Source of the DNA: Takakia lepidozioides
Lineage: Eukaryota; Plantae; Bryophyta
NCBI GenBank assembly: GCA_030704615.1
Contig: CM060731.1
Coordinates: 84,382,001 to 84,446,000 of the forward strand
Direction: 5' to 3'
Length of the DNA stretch: 64,000 bases
Shown here: positions 1-12,106 of the stretch, piece after piece
Layout of the letters: each line of letters opens with the position of its first letter
How positions within the stretch are numbered: position 1 is the first letter of the stretch
Notes under the pieces: model-generated
The model's database searches: none
What the model was told of the DNA's origin: nothing
The model's input: the letters and a program-made list of their open reading frames with translations, nothing else
Translations under genes and position numbers: made by a program

Positions 1-46
1 CTCCATGGAAGGAGCTGGCAATCGGCAAAACTGTCGTGTCGGAAGC

Positions 47-215
47 GGAAATGCGGCACCGCATTTCCGTTTGTCCGAACAGTTTCTGATGTCCAAACCA
101 TGAAACGGTAAATTGTTTTTGCCCCGGTTTTGGAAATGCGGTGCCGCATTTCCAAAGGAGGTTTTTGCAGTTGCCACATTTCCGTTCCGACATGGAAATG
201 CGGTGCCGCATTTCC
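47..215. repeat. Three type-A palindromes (GGAAATGCGGYRCCGCATTTCC), end of the left subterminal array
   Basis: Copies start at 47, 132 and 194. Confidence 0.9.
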
Positions 216-320
216 GATTTTGGGAGGGACGTGGTTTGGACGATGTTGTCGTTGAGAAGCACATAGGAGAGGGGACATGAAGGACGGGGAGAATTTCCTT
301 TATATACTCTGGAAGAGAAT

Positions 321-3300
321 TTAAATGTACAGAGAGTTCATTAAAATTCTATTAATCTTGAAAATCATCACTATCGTCGTCCTGTCCTTGACTGTCCTGC
401 TCCGCTCCACCCCGTCATTGCCTTTCTCATCTCCAGCGGACTGCTCGTTGGCCAGGCTTTCGAAAATCCCATCTTCACCTTGCGGAACCGACCATCTCAC
501 CTCCGTTGGCTTGTCGTCCTCCCTATCTGCATCGCTCTCATCCGCTGAATCACATATGAACTTTCGCACTCGTCTACCTGTCTCAGCTATTGCCAACTCT
601 TTCCTTATCCTTCTGTCCTCCCTAGCCCTCTCCAAAATCTGCTCTACTTTACTGGGATTCTCACATCGTCTAATCGCTGTATTTGCGAGTTTAGCTGCAT
701 AACTAGGAAGGGAGTAGTCCGTCACCGGGCTCGTCATGAAGTCGCCCCTCGCAAAGAACGGGACATTCTTCCTGGCAGGAAGTGTAGGCCCTACATGTTT
801 CGACCCGGATCCTGGAATCCTGCACATAACAATCACCAACGAGACCAATGAGAACCACAGTCCGGAAATGCGTTTGACAAAAAATCACCCAGAAGGCTTT
901 GCAAACTTACAATTTTGCACTCACTCGTATTCCGGGTTCTCCTCGGCATCAATGTCCACTGTCTCTTCCTCCGACTCCGACGAATCCGAGGAGTCTTTGG
1001 CTTCGATGAGAGCTTTCACATTCCGTTGCAGCCCTTCCATATGGGATCCCCAGACAGATGTGTCCTCCTCGTAGGCAAAGAGGTGCCGGTCGGAAAACCG
1101 CCCAGCCCACATTGAGGCACCTGTTACAATGCCATCCACACATTATGACATGGCCCTTCAGATGTTGCGAATTAAATCATAACGAGAATTTGCAGAACAG
1201 CATAGAACAAGATTCTGCATACCTGTCCCATAGATGAGGTCGAGCACTGTGCCCTCCACGTCTGTGCATGTCTCCATAATTGTCTGAATGAAGGCAGGGC
1301 TCCGAGTCCGTGAATACCGCATGGGTTCCGTTGAAGTGAGGCTATGAGGGAGAAGTTCCGTGGGAACGTTGTTGAACAGGACGTTGTAATCGATGGGGTC
1401 GCAGTTCGGGTCAACCAACAATCCCTCCTTCCGGAAAGCAAAGGTGGAGTTCTCCTTCACAAAGCGGTATGCATCGAACTGCTTTGTCTGCATACACAGT
1501 GGGGAACGATTAAAATCGAATGCGGCACCGCATTTCAAAACTCCTAAGAAAATGAGAGGACGAGTGCCAATGTCGTAATTTCCTTCTTCCCTTCCGACCG
1601 AAGGCCCCATGTGTTGATGCACGTCCACTTCTTCTTCAGAATTGGGATGGCGCTCTTGCGGGTCCACTTCGCAATTCCTGTCTGCGTGTTTTTGCCTCTG
1701 CTCGCCAGGACAACCACACAGCCTTTGTCATCCAACACCATGCGGGCGAGCCCGAATCCTTTCTTCCAAAAGTCCTCGGAGTACCTGTTCCAAGATGGCA
1801 AAGCTTGCAGTCCTTCCACAGGCTCTCCGTCCGGAATATCCAAGATGATCATATCGCAAGACCACTCGGTGGCATTTCTGCCCCTCCTGCAATCCTTGTC
1901 TGCACACACCCTCTCAAAGAACGAGACCATCTTCAGAAACCCAGGGGTGTCGGAAGGCTCTTCGGCAGCCGCCTTCTTCAGTGCTCTGCCCTTCAGACCC
2001 TCCATGGTCTTCATGTATGCCAACTTGGCTGCTCGACCATCCAAAGCCGCCAAGAAACTCTCATTTACACACTGGACTACTGTATCGGGATCCACTTTCG
2101 GCCTCTTCATTTCCATCGGCTCGAAAGGGTGCCTTCTTTGCCGAGCCAGTTCTCGTCCTTCTCGTGACAACGGTGGGCACAGGGAATTTCAGCTGCATTT
2201 TGGGGGGTGGGCTGGTTGCAAAGTCTCCATCGGAGTCCTCTTCCTCACCCTCTACCTGCACTATCTATTTTTGCTTCTTCGTTTTCTTGGGTGTCACAAC
2301 TGCTGCTCCTTGCTGGCGAGTCCGCGACTTGGACCCCTTCTGTTGAGCCTGCACAGCTGCATCCACCGTCTTCTGTGCCTTCTCAGCTGCCTTTCTGGAT
2401 TGTTCCAGAGCAGCAGCTTCCTTTGCCGACTCTGGCCCAGCAGGGACACGTCTTTCCTTCTCTTCTCTTCTGCTTTCGCGTGCAGATCTTTCTCAGACTC
2501 GTCAACAATTCTGCCAGACATGTCCAGGTACCACGGGCATCCAACCAGATGCGCGACATGCCATTGTTTCTGCATCTCGGGTGTGTAGACTCAGCTTGGG
2601 CCCGCCACGGTCCAAGCCATGAAAAACGGGGGCTCTTGAGCCAGGGCCCCTGTCTGAAGAAGCACGTATTTCATATACCTGCAGGGCAGTCAGCATGCGT
2701 GAGCAAAAGTTAAGACCAACGTACTCGCAGAGTGCAACCAAAAACTTAAAATGCAAATGCGGTGCCGCATTTCCCAGACAAACCTCATAACCAGGCTTCG
2801 CATACAAGGACAGCTGGGCTTCACCTGTAAACAATTCGCATTGCAGCTTTTCCCGCTCCCTCCTGATGTGTAAACTCCACGCTCCTTCTTGCTGTCTGCA
2901 GCTCCCTAGCGCAGAGGTTGTCCTTGTACGCACATCTGAAACGTGTGACGTAGTCTTCCAATGTCTATGTTCCATCCCATTTGACATACAAGCCCGAACA
3001 AATTTGTATTCATTACGACTTGCTCCTTCGCATTTGTCATTACCTGCGATTCCTACATGCATTGTCACGTAGCAGTTCAGGGAATTCATTTCAGAAAAGC
3101 AAATCGGGGGAAGTACCTTGAATTACCTGGAACCACCAAGTCATGCGGTTGAGCCACACATCCACTGCAGGGTCGGAAACTTCGAGTGGAAAAGACCACA
3201 TTGCCCTTATACTCTCCGATGCATTCCAGATCGACAGCCACCGTGTCTGCCATTTCCGATCCAATGTCAGGAGCAGGAAGAAGAGTGGCTATTGCTAGGA

Positions 3301-5642
3301 AGGAACTTCAGTGCATTGAACCTCACCTTCTTTTGCCTCAACACATGCCGTTGAGAGGTGATGCAGTTTCTCCAACTGCATGGTCGGCTGCATGGCCCGA
3401 GAATAGTATTTTGCAATATCGGGGATGAAGTCCTTTCCAAGTGCCGGATCTGCAATGGCCACCAGCTTCACAAGCTTTGACTTATATTTCGTTCTGGACT
3501 TGACCCCGGCTTCCTTCAAGTGCTCAGTCATTGACTGCAACGTTTTGACCTGCCCCTCACTTTCCATGAAGAAGCGTTTGGCATGGGCCAAATCCAGCTT
3601 GATGTTTGACTGCCAACAAAAACATGCAGAAGCGTTACATTCGATTCATGTGGAAAGATTACTGAAATTGGGGAGGATGAGCAGAGGGAAATGGGAGGAC
3701 GTCTTACTTCGTATATCACCTCCACCATTCCATCCATAGTGAGACGATACCATGTCCGGTCAGTTTTTGCCACGACTTTCTGAATGAGCTCGGGCTCCAG
3801 CATTTCCGCAAACATGTGCGGATCAGTGAGACCAGTTTTCCTCACCCTGTACAACATATGTGCCATGTGGGTATGCACGTACACATTTTCAGTGACCCTG
3901 CAAGGCACACTCTCCAGTTCAGTCCACGAAAGCACGGAAACAAAACAGATTGGAAACCGAAATGCGGCACCGCATTTCGAACGTGCTTGGGAGGGTATGA
4001 GTATCTTACGAGTTGAGGTCCGCCATGGCATTCTTGAGCAGGGAGGAGTCTGCCGCCTTCACCTTGAGGATGACACACTCCACCATGTAATGCCAGCCAA
4101 TGTGCTTGGCATGGTTCTGCTTGATGTACTCCCACCAGGCAAGAAGTCGGTGATTCCCGTCCCACACAAAGAACATTTTACACGACATATGGCCGAAGTC
4201 GGAATCACCCTTCAGTGTTGCCTCGAATTCGTCGTTGCGAGGTTGCCAGTGGGTATCCCATGTTGACAATTCCTCCGCAGTGGGTCCACGAGATTCGCCG
4301 TCCTCATTCTCAAGGGAAACGTAAAGGCTGGCAAACCTAGACGGTACCCTTCTCGAATGCGAACTTGAGCTTATCCACATCTCCGGGAAGTGCCTGCCTG
4401 ACGATGGGAAGGGAGACCATGCAACAGAGTGGGATTCAAAGAGTCCGCTGAAATACCCTGCTGCCCAAAACTCTGCCAATGCTACTATGTGTCTCCTCCA
4501 ACATTGTATCCGCTGCACTTTGGAATTCCTCCGGAGACATTTCTGCTGGTGGCGGTAGGGCTGAGCAGCTGGAGCATCCCCAACTGGAGCTGCACTCTAG
4601 GAATCTTTGCGGGCAATTCGGCAATTGCAGAGGCCTCTTCCGGGCCTGCAGTATTCTGAAGATCTTCCTCAACGGTGGTCAGGTCTTGCTGCAAACGTTG
4701 AGCGGCAGCACCCTCCTCCGGTACCAGATCGATGAAATCGGTCGATCCCATTGCCTTCGCTGCAACAGAGACGCCCCCAACATCACCAGGCTGGAAATCA
4801 AGCAGGAACTGGGCTTCAGCTTGTGGAATCGGTTTTGCGGGAGACTGCTCCGCCCTCCCCCTGATTGCCTTGTGCTTCCTCATTCTTGCAGGTGAAGGTG
4901 TCTGCTGCAATTGAATATGCTTCATTCGCCTGGGTGGGGGGGAAACGGCCTGGTCCGGTTCAGAAACAAGTTGAAGGACGGGCTGCTTCTTCTTTGTCTT
5001 TGCTGGAGAAGGGCTAGACCCCTGCTGGCGATTCTCCATGACCTTCGAAGGCGAGTCGCTCTCTGGGGCTTTGAACTGCAAAGACTTGCCCTTCGAAGTC
5101 GCGTCCTTGAAACGCACAGGGCTAGGCCCGGCAGGAAGACCCGTGCTCGTGGATCGGCTGGGTGCGCGTGCTGCAGCTAGCTCCACGGACTCTGCCTGCG
5201 GTCTTCGGATTCCTGCGATCCCTCCAGCACGTCCACCTTTCCGGTTAGGCATGCAAACATCTTCTGCATTCAAGTCTCCTAGCATACAGTCTAAGAATTG
5301 CAGAAGAAATGAGGGGTTTCGATGCTCGATCAGCTGGTGAATCCCGATAGCACGGAGCTCTCAGTGGTGGCTGGGTTGCTTGCGTGGCCTGATGCGGCGA
5401 GATGGCAATCTCCTCCTGTAGACGCATCAGCTTCCTCCCCTTCGGCATTGGCCTACGTCCGAAGTACAATTTTTGGAGCTTGCGATGATGTCTCTTCTCA
5501 GGTGCACGCACTCCCTCCCTCTTAGGTTCGAGCATAGAAGAACAGAGACAGGGAAAAGGGGCGAAGAGTGCAGATGGAAGGGCGCGAGAGGGGTTGACTC
5601 AGTAACACGACAAAAGAAGATGAAACGGCGGTGTGGCACCAC
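321..5642 (-). pseudogene. Multi-exon cargo gene (about 10 exons): low-complexity N-terminus, ParB/Srx-like domain, helical region, beta-class N4C/N6A DNA-methyltransferase-like domain; frameshifted
   Basis: MFFVWDGNHRLLAW (DGNHR at 4147-4161). Motif-IV-like CDMIILDIPDG (1826-1858). After splicing GT-AG intron 1121-1222 the frame reads SPAFIQTIMETCTDVEGTVLDLIYGTG-ASMWAGRFSDRHLFAYEED (motif X/I/II-like). Exons are conserved in the subfamily-B copy. The 5' end is approximate. Confidence 0.78.
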
Positions 5643-5865
5643 TTGGGTTCGAAAGGGTTGGACGAAAGTGTCTCCTCGTGGACTTTACGTCATTACGAAT
5701 TTGAATGTTCAGGGTACGCCTGCCATCCGAAAAAACAATTATCCAACGGTCAGCCGCGACGCCTCATGCCACTTCAGTCAGATAGAGTGCAGATATGTGC
5801 CGCAATTCCGTTGCTCCACGTGTTCACATTTCCGTCCCAGCGTCTGATGAGTTGGAGTGAAAATG

Positions 5866-7375
5866 CAAATGCGGCGCCGCATTTCAGTTAAGTACCATCA
5901 CGAAGCTACACATCCGTACTTGTTGGAAGAAAATGCGGCACCGCATTTCCGTTCCACCTTCACAAACCTTAGTAGTTGAATGGAAATACGGTGCCGCATT
6001 TCCGTCCCACAGCTCCATGCCAGAGATACAAAAGGGAAATGCGGCGCCGCATTTCCGTTCTGGAATGTCGAAAGGTGCAATTCGGACGGAAATGCGGCAC
6101 AACATTTCAGTTCCCGTGGTTCATGATTTTCAATCTAAACGGAAATGCGGTACCGCATTTCCGTTCCACCTTCACATACCTTAGTTGATGAACGGAAATG
6201 CCGTGCCACATTTCCGTTCGGGAAAGTATAAAGGTCTCACCTGAACGGAAACGCTGTGCCGCATTTCCGATCCGGAAAGTATAAAGGTCTCACATGGATG
6301 GAAATGCGGCACCGCATTTCCGTCCCACAGCTCCAGGCCTCATATACAAAACGGAAATGCGGTGCCGCATTTCAGTTCCGATGGTTCACGATTTTTCAGT
6401 CAGAACGGAAATGCGGTACCGCATTTCCGTTCTGGAGAGTATGAAGGGCTCAAACGGACGGAAATGCGGTGCAAAATTTTCGTCCCTCCGCTCCATGCCT
6501 GAGATAGAAAACGGAAATGCGGCGCCGCAGTTCCGTTCTGGTATGTCGGAAGGTGCGACTCGGACGGAAATGCGGTGCCGCATTTCAGTTCCCGTTGTTC
6601 ATAATTCTCAATCAGAATGGAAATGCGGTACCGCATTTCCGTTCTGGAGAGTATGAAGGTCTTAACCGGTCGGAAATGCGCTGCAACATTTCCGTCACTC
6701 GGCTCCATGCCTCAGATAAAAAACGGAAATTCGGCGCCGCATTTCCGTTCGGGAATGTCGGAAGGTGCGACTCGGACGGAAATGCGGTGCCGCATTTCCG
6801 TTCTGGAGAGTATGAAGGTCTCAAACGGACGGAAATGCGGCGCCGCATTTCCGTTCTGGAATGTCGGAAGGTGTGACTCGGACGGAAATGCGGTGCCGCA
6901 TTTCAGTTCCGATGGTTCACGATTTTCAGTCAGAACGGTATCGCATTTCCGTTCTGGAGAGTATGAAGGTCTCAAACGGACGGAAATGCGGTGCAGCATT
7001 TCTATCCCTCAGCTCCATGCGTCAGATACAAAACGGAAATGCGGCGCCATATTTCCGTTCTGGTATGTCGGAAGGTGCGACTCGGACGGAAATGTGGTGC
7101 CGCATTTCAGTTCCCGTGGTTCATGATTCTCAATCATAACGGAAATGCGGTACCGCATTTCCGTTCCACCTTCACATACCGTACTTGTTGGATGGAAATG
7201 CGGCACCGCATTTCCGTTCTGGAGAGTATAAAGGTTTCCCCGGACGGAAACTCGTTGCCGCATTTCCGTCGCACTGGTGCATGACTAAGATGCAAAACGG
7301 AAATGCGGCGCCGTATTTCTGTCCAACAACAATCGAAAGTATCACTCCAGACGGAAATGCGGAACCTCATTTCCG
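5866..7375. repeat. Array of about 29 type-A 22-bp palindromes with 53-bp period, between the divergent cargo and transposase genes
   Basis: Starts at 5982, 6035, 6088, 6141, 6194, 6247, 6300, 6353, 6407, 6460, 6513, 6566, 6619, 6672, 6725, 6778, 6831, 6884 and onward. The 31-bp spacers fall into about five recurring types. Confidence 0.95.
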
Positions 7376-7768
7376 CATGCGGAACCTCAATGGGTTGCAT
7401 TGTTCCGAAACAACACAATTGCGGCCTGTCTTGATGAGCACAACTTGGTTGTCTGACCGTTTTTACTAAAAGTCCTGGCACTTGTCAGTGCGAACGTTCA
7501 TGTCTGCACCGAGAATACTGCTAGATCCACCCTCAGGAGAAACTGTCAGGAGATGTTATTTCGTCGCCGAATCGGCCATCATTGTTATACTTACTGGCTA
7601 TGGAATCACACCTCCCACCTTCATGCATGTAGCTTGAAACAATACTTTCCACTTCAATGTGCGACTTCCAATCGTCGATGGACTCCGCAGATCCACTTAC
7701 ATGGTGCCTATGAGCCTTGGTCTGTCGCTATACTGAACCTCGCACTTGCCAACTTCGTGCGGTCTTCG

Positions 7769-10700
7769 ATGGCTCCGAATTCCTACGCTATAGTTTGCTG
7801 TCCTCCGCAACTTGGGAGAGCCTGGATCCCAAACGAGAGAGGACTTTGCAGAGTGACTGAAACTTACCTTTGTTCCAAATTCAAGCTCAAACCGAGCACA
7901 GTTTATTTGGAAGAAGAAAGGAAGGATGTTCCTGTACAGGTTGACGAGACCATTGTCGTGCTAGGTAACGACGGAGGTTGCGGAATCAAATGGCACGTAC
8001 CCCCATCAGACACCATCATGTACCAAGCTGTGGAAATGCCCATTCCATTTCCGAATCAGTCGCTACCCACACCATCCACAAAGGAGTCCGGAAACCGACA
8101 GGCGGCCACTGCCAACAGAGAGGTATGCAACGATAATCATTCCCGACCTGGACCGTCAAGACCCTCCATAGCTTCTCGTGTGGACGTATTCGACATTTTT
8201 GACGAGGAAGATGAGTGCATTGAGGTCCCCATGTCCTCCACACGGTCGTTCAAATCCGACATGGACGTCTCTGCAGGTGCTACGCATGTACCCTCGAGCA
8301 TAACTCCAACCCGGTCCATTGTGCAGCTCCTACGGCAACATCACCTTGATTGTCGCGCACCTCACTTCGGTAAGCTCTCCCCTCAAGTCATAGTTACTCG
8401 CTTGATGCGCGCGCCTAACTCCCAACCTGGCCGCCGGGCCAACTTGGAGCTCCGGCTGCTCACCGGGGCATAACGGTCCCCCCTTTGATCTCCCAAAGAA
8501 CCCTCCAACGATTTGGAACCAGCGGAATTCCCTTTGGTAGTTGGCAGTCCGGAACAACTCCCCACTCTTTGGTCGCTTTCCGGCTCGCTCGCTTACTCAC
8601 TAGTTTTTGGTCACCAACGGGCTTGCACCGTTCTCGGGTTTACTACTCCCTATATATACTTTTGTAGCTATCCGCGGGGGTTTCACAAACAACCATGCCA
8701 TTTTATGGCGAACCACCACGAACACCCTCGACTCCCGGTGATGAGTCGCGGTGAGTCTTGGCCCACCCACCACGGCCCCTATGGACCGTGATGAGTCCCA
8801 AGACTCCCCACGACTCCCACCACGAGGTCTCCGCCCTAGGATGAGTCCTATGCCACCCCCACTAAGTCCCGCTAAGCTACCACCACCCCTTGTGGAGCCA
8901 CCCCTACTGCAACCCGGTGTGCGGGGCTCCACCTAGTGAGCGCCTCTGCCTCCTTGAGTGCCTTGGGCACTCAAAGGTGCTTCAGCCCCCCATACCTATC
9001 GTTGCCACTGCCCCCACCACAAGGGCAGCCCCTCTTGTGTCCCGACCCCCTGCCCTCAAGGCAAAGGGCCGCGACATCGATGGTTCTCGCTCCGAGCTGG
9101 CTGCTCTCGACTATGCCAAATTTCCAGTCAGGAAGGTAACGTATCTGCCTCCCGAAGTCGATGGCAATGTCATCTTCGAGTTTCCACCTGTAACTTCGTC
9201 AAACAGAACCTCAGGGATGTTAACAGACATGGATGAAAGCATGACGGACACCCCTGGTGTGTGACGAAGTCCAGTAGCACGAAAATTGCTGATGGTGTTT
9301 GTGTACGATACGTCCTCTGTGCGGGGAAGCTGAGGTGCCTCAATCCTGCCTGCTTCCACTTTCTCTCCAAAAGAGGGCGGAGAAACGAGACGGATTGGAC
9401 TGGCACAACGCATCATCCATTCATTGTCTCCAGCCAAGCTCCTGCAGGTACTTTCAAGTGCGCACATTGCAAAGAACCACCGACGTGCATGTCCATGTGC
9501 AGAGCCAAGCAATATTACGTAATCCATTTGCTCCCGGACTTGACTAGAGCTTGCATACACGTTGGGGTCCACTACCACCCCTTGGCAAGAGACAACATGC
9601 GTGAGGTTGTGCAGGAAGCACATGACATCATAAAAGAGGAGGTGAAATTGAGCCCCGGAGCCAGACCAAAGCAGATTCAGCTGAAGGCAGCCCACAAGAT
9701 TGCTCTTGGCAAAATCATGTCTAAAGATGGTTCAGACCGAGTGCCCTTGAACGAAGAGGAGATGCTTGACCTGTTGGAGTCCGTCTCGCACGTTTGTAGT
9801 CCGAATGTGCGGAATCACATCGTATCTTGCAAGCAGGAGTTTGGCCGGGGGTCGGACGTACACTCAATCCTGGAGGTGAAACGAATGACTAGATATGACT
9901 ACATCCAAGGTAGCAGGTTTCCAGGGCAAGGCAGCGAATCCGATCGTTGTTACATTTTTAAAATGTCGATGTGTGGGCCTGGGAGTGGAGTCGACTTGGT
10001 CACTCGCATGACAACTGGAAACTTGTCGAATGCTTGGGTGATGTTTGATCACATCAAGCGAATTACAAACCATCAATGGGTGACTATGGGTGCGCATATT
10101 ATGACTATCACTCCAAGAGGCTCATGACAATTGCAATCTGCGAGATGAAAGGGGAGGACACACAATCGGAGATGCATTTGTGGGTGGGCATAAACGAGCA
10201 GATGGCAAGGGCGGTATTGGCAGAGTCCAATTTCAGGGGATTCATGGCAGCCAACGCTCAGGCCAACTAGGCAGCGGTGCGGTGTGTGTACGGTGAGGAC
10301 CCCAATGTTCCAATGGAGGGGAAAGAGAGATCATGTGGATTCCATTGGATACAGAGTCTATCTCACTACACTACCAAATTTGTTGCTAGCTCATTCCAGG
10401 CTGAACACCGTGTTCTTTGTACGACGTGGAAGGATGCACCCACATTTGATGACGCGGAGGTTAAGTTTGCTATCATCGAGGCTTGGTGGAACACGTCAGG
10501 TGCAGTGGAGACAACCAATCTGGGAGCCTTGCACAGCTGGTTGGGGTGGTGGCATTTCCGTTATTGACAGTTCGGACAGTACATGCGAGAGGTATGATGC
10601 TGTCATTTTCGTGCAATTGTCTTTCTATTATGGACCTTTCCATTGGTCCCTCACCATTGTTTGTGTCCTTGTAGGAGCGGTGCTTGGATTCCGACACGGA

Positions 10701-12106
10701 CATGCTGAACACGAATATGGCAGAATCAGTCCACTCCTCCTGGCGAGCGTCTTCTGCCGCACATCTGGTGGACGTAGTGACGGCCACAACGGAGGACATC
10801 GACCGAGCAATCATGCATCAAGCCACGTACTACAAGTTCCTGAGCGGGAAACAATGGGGCTTTGGGCCGGACAGGGAGGAATTGTTGGTACGAACAGCTT
10901 CGAGGTCGAAGAATCCACTGAAATGGGTGACAGCATTGCGAGAGAGAATCAAAGGGACGCCTCTGCACCGCAGAGGTGAATACCTAGAGGGGGACGTCCG
11001 TACTTGCCCTATGAGGCGGAGGATTAAAGAGGAACCCGGGTGCGAAGAGGATTCCTGGAAATCCGATAGGAACATTCTGACAGCACCTCGAGGTCCCGTC
11101 ATGTTGCCGCACAATGTGTCTTCCAGCAGTGGAAGCCCAAGAAATTCCAAATCGCCATCGCCTTCAAGCGGGGATTCTGTGTGAGAAATTCCCACCGCTC
11201 GCTTGTCCCAGATTCCGCCCGCTGTTATGCAGTATGGCCAAGCCATTGTGGAGACAACTGTGTCTACGTCACAGTGGAGAATTGCTCGCACAAAGTCGTC
11301 GTTTCGAGGCAGGTGTTCCGCAATTCGAGTGGATACACGGCAACGTTGTTTAGAGATGATAAGGAGGAATTCAGATGGGGCTGTCCCTGCTCCTACTTTT
11401 ACAGGAAGATTTGTCCATGCAAAGTTTGCGGAGGCAACAACCACCCAGTTCTGGTTCTGCAAGCACGACATTATGACTTGCGTGTATGGAAAGCCCAAGT
11501 ACGGCATACAAACAATGCCAGAGGCTCCCCCGGTGTGGCCGGTGGAACCAGGCTGCGATCTGAGTCAGGTTGAGGCCGACGCCCTTACCGCCGCAGGATT
11601 TCGGATGGTGCAGCGCACTGACATCCCCAGACAACCATTTCCGCTTCCACAGCCTCCACCACCGACCACTGTGAGAGCAAGAACAATGGGACGCGACAGC
11701 GCTAAGCATCCTACACACCGTTGGGGGAAACCGAAGAGGCGGCGACCTCCCTCAAAAGTGAACGAGACAAGGATGGGGAATGCACTTCGGATGAACTGTA
11801 CAATCCAGAGCTCGACAGAAGTGCCCCCACCAGGCTTCGAGCATGTGTATCAGATGGCCACGGCAGGCTCATCTGTTCGCAATGAGGTGTGCACCATCAC
11901 CATTTCAAAATTATCCACCTGCAATTGCACCAACTTCCAGATCATGGCGAACAAGGGGGCATCATACTGCCCTTGCAAGCATCTATACTACGTGTACCTA
12001 AAGAGACTCTGGTGTAATTCCACAACTCATCACTTCATACATGCACCAGGGTTGAGCCCCCAAGAGGTTGCACACTCTTCTGAATATGGATCCAGGGGAC
12101 CAGTGA
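7769..12106 (+). pseudogene. MULE transposase (GCM-like Zn domain, DDE core, C-terminal SWIM finger), disrupted by a solo LTR, stops and frameshifts
   Basis: AWVMFDHIKR (first D). FRGFMA[A]NAQAN*..ERSCGFHW (second D mutated, CxxH present). TNMAESVHSSW (E). CNCTNF..CPCKHLYYV (SWIM). GT-AG intron at about 10592-10674. Confidence 0.88.
8351..9076 (-). mobile_element. Solo LTR of the Ty3/gypsy family at 57420-63751
   Basis: TGTCGCG...CGCGACA ends. Reverse-complement match to LTRs 57420-58143 and 63034-63751. Flanks TTGAT/TCGAT give a 5-bp TSD with one CpG transition. The transposase frame resumes across it. Confidence 0.93.

Noticed and set aside
321-5642. Bacterial, prophage or plasmid contamination explaining ParB and MTase
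   Set aside because: The gene has GT-AG introns, lies inside TIR/TSD-bounded elements and is nested with plant retrotransposons.
5866-7375. CRISPR array (22-bp palindromic repeat plus 31-bp spacers)
   Set aside because: Spacers are not unique but recur in about five types, there are no cas genes, the context is eukaryotic, and the same motif occurs singly in introns.
5884-7481. Many ORFs with MRHRIS / GNAAPHF / KCGAAF repeats (also 31500-33000, 36568-38762, 47390-48659)
   Set aside because: They are translations of the palindrome arrays, open in several frames on both strands, with no sign of coding.
7769-12106. Classification as hAT or Zisupton/KDZ because of the 8-bp TSD and SWIM finger
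   Set aside because: The D..D-x-CxxH..TNxxES pattern followed by a C-terminal SWIM finger fits Mutator best. Phylogeny is still needed.
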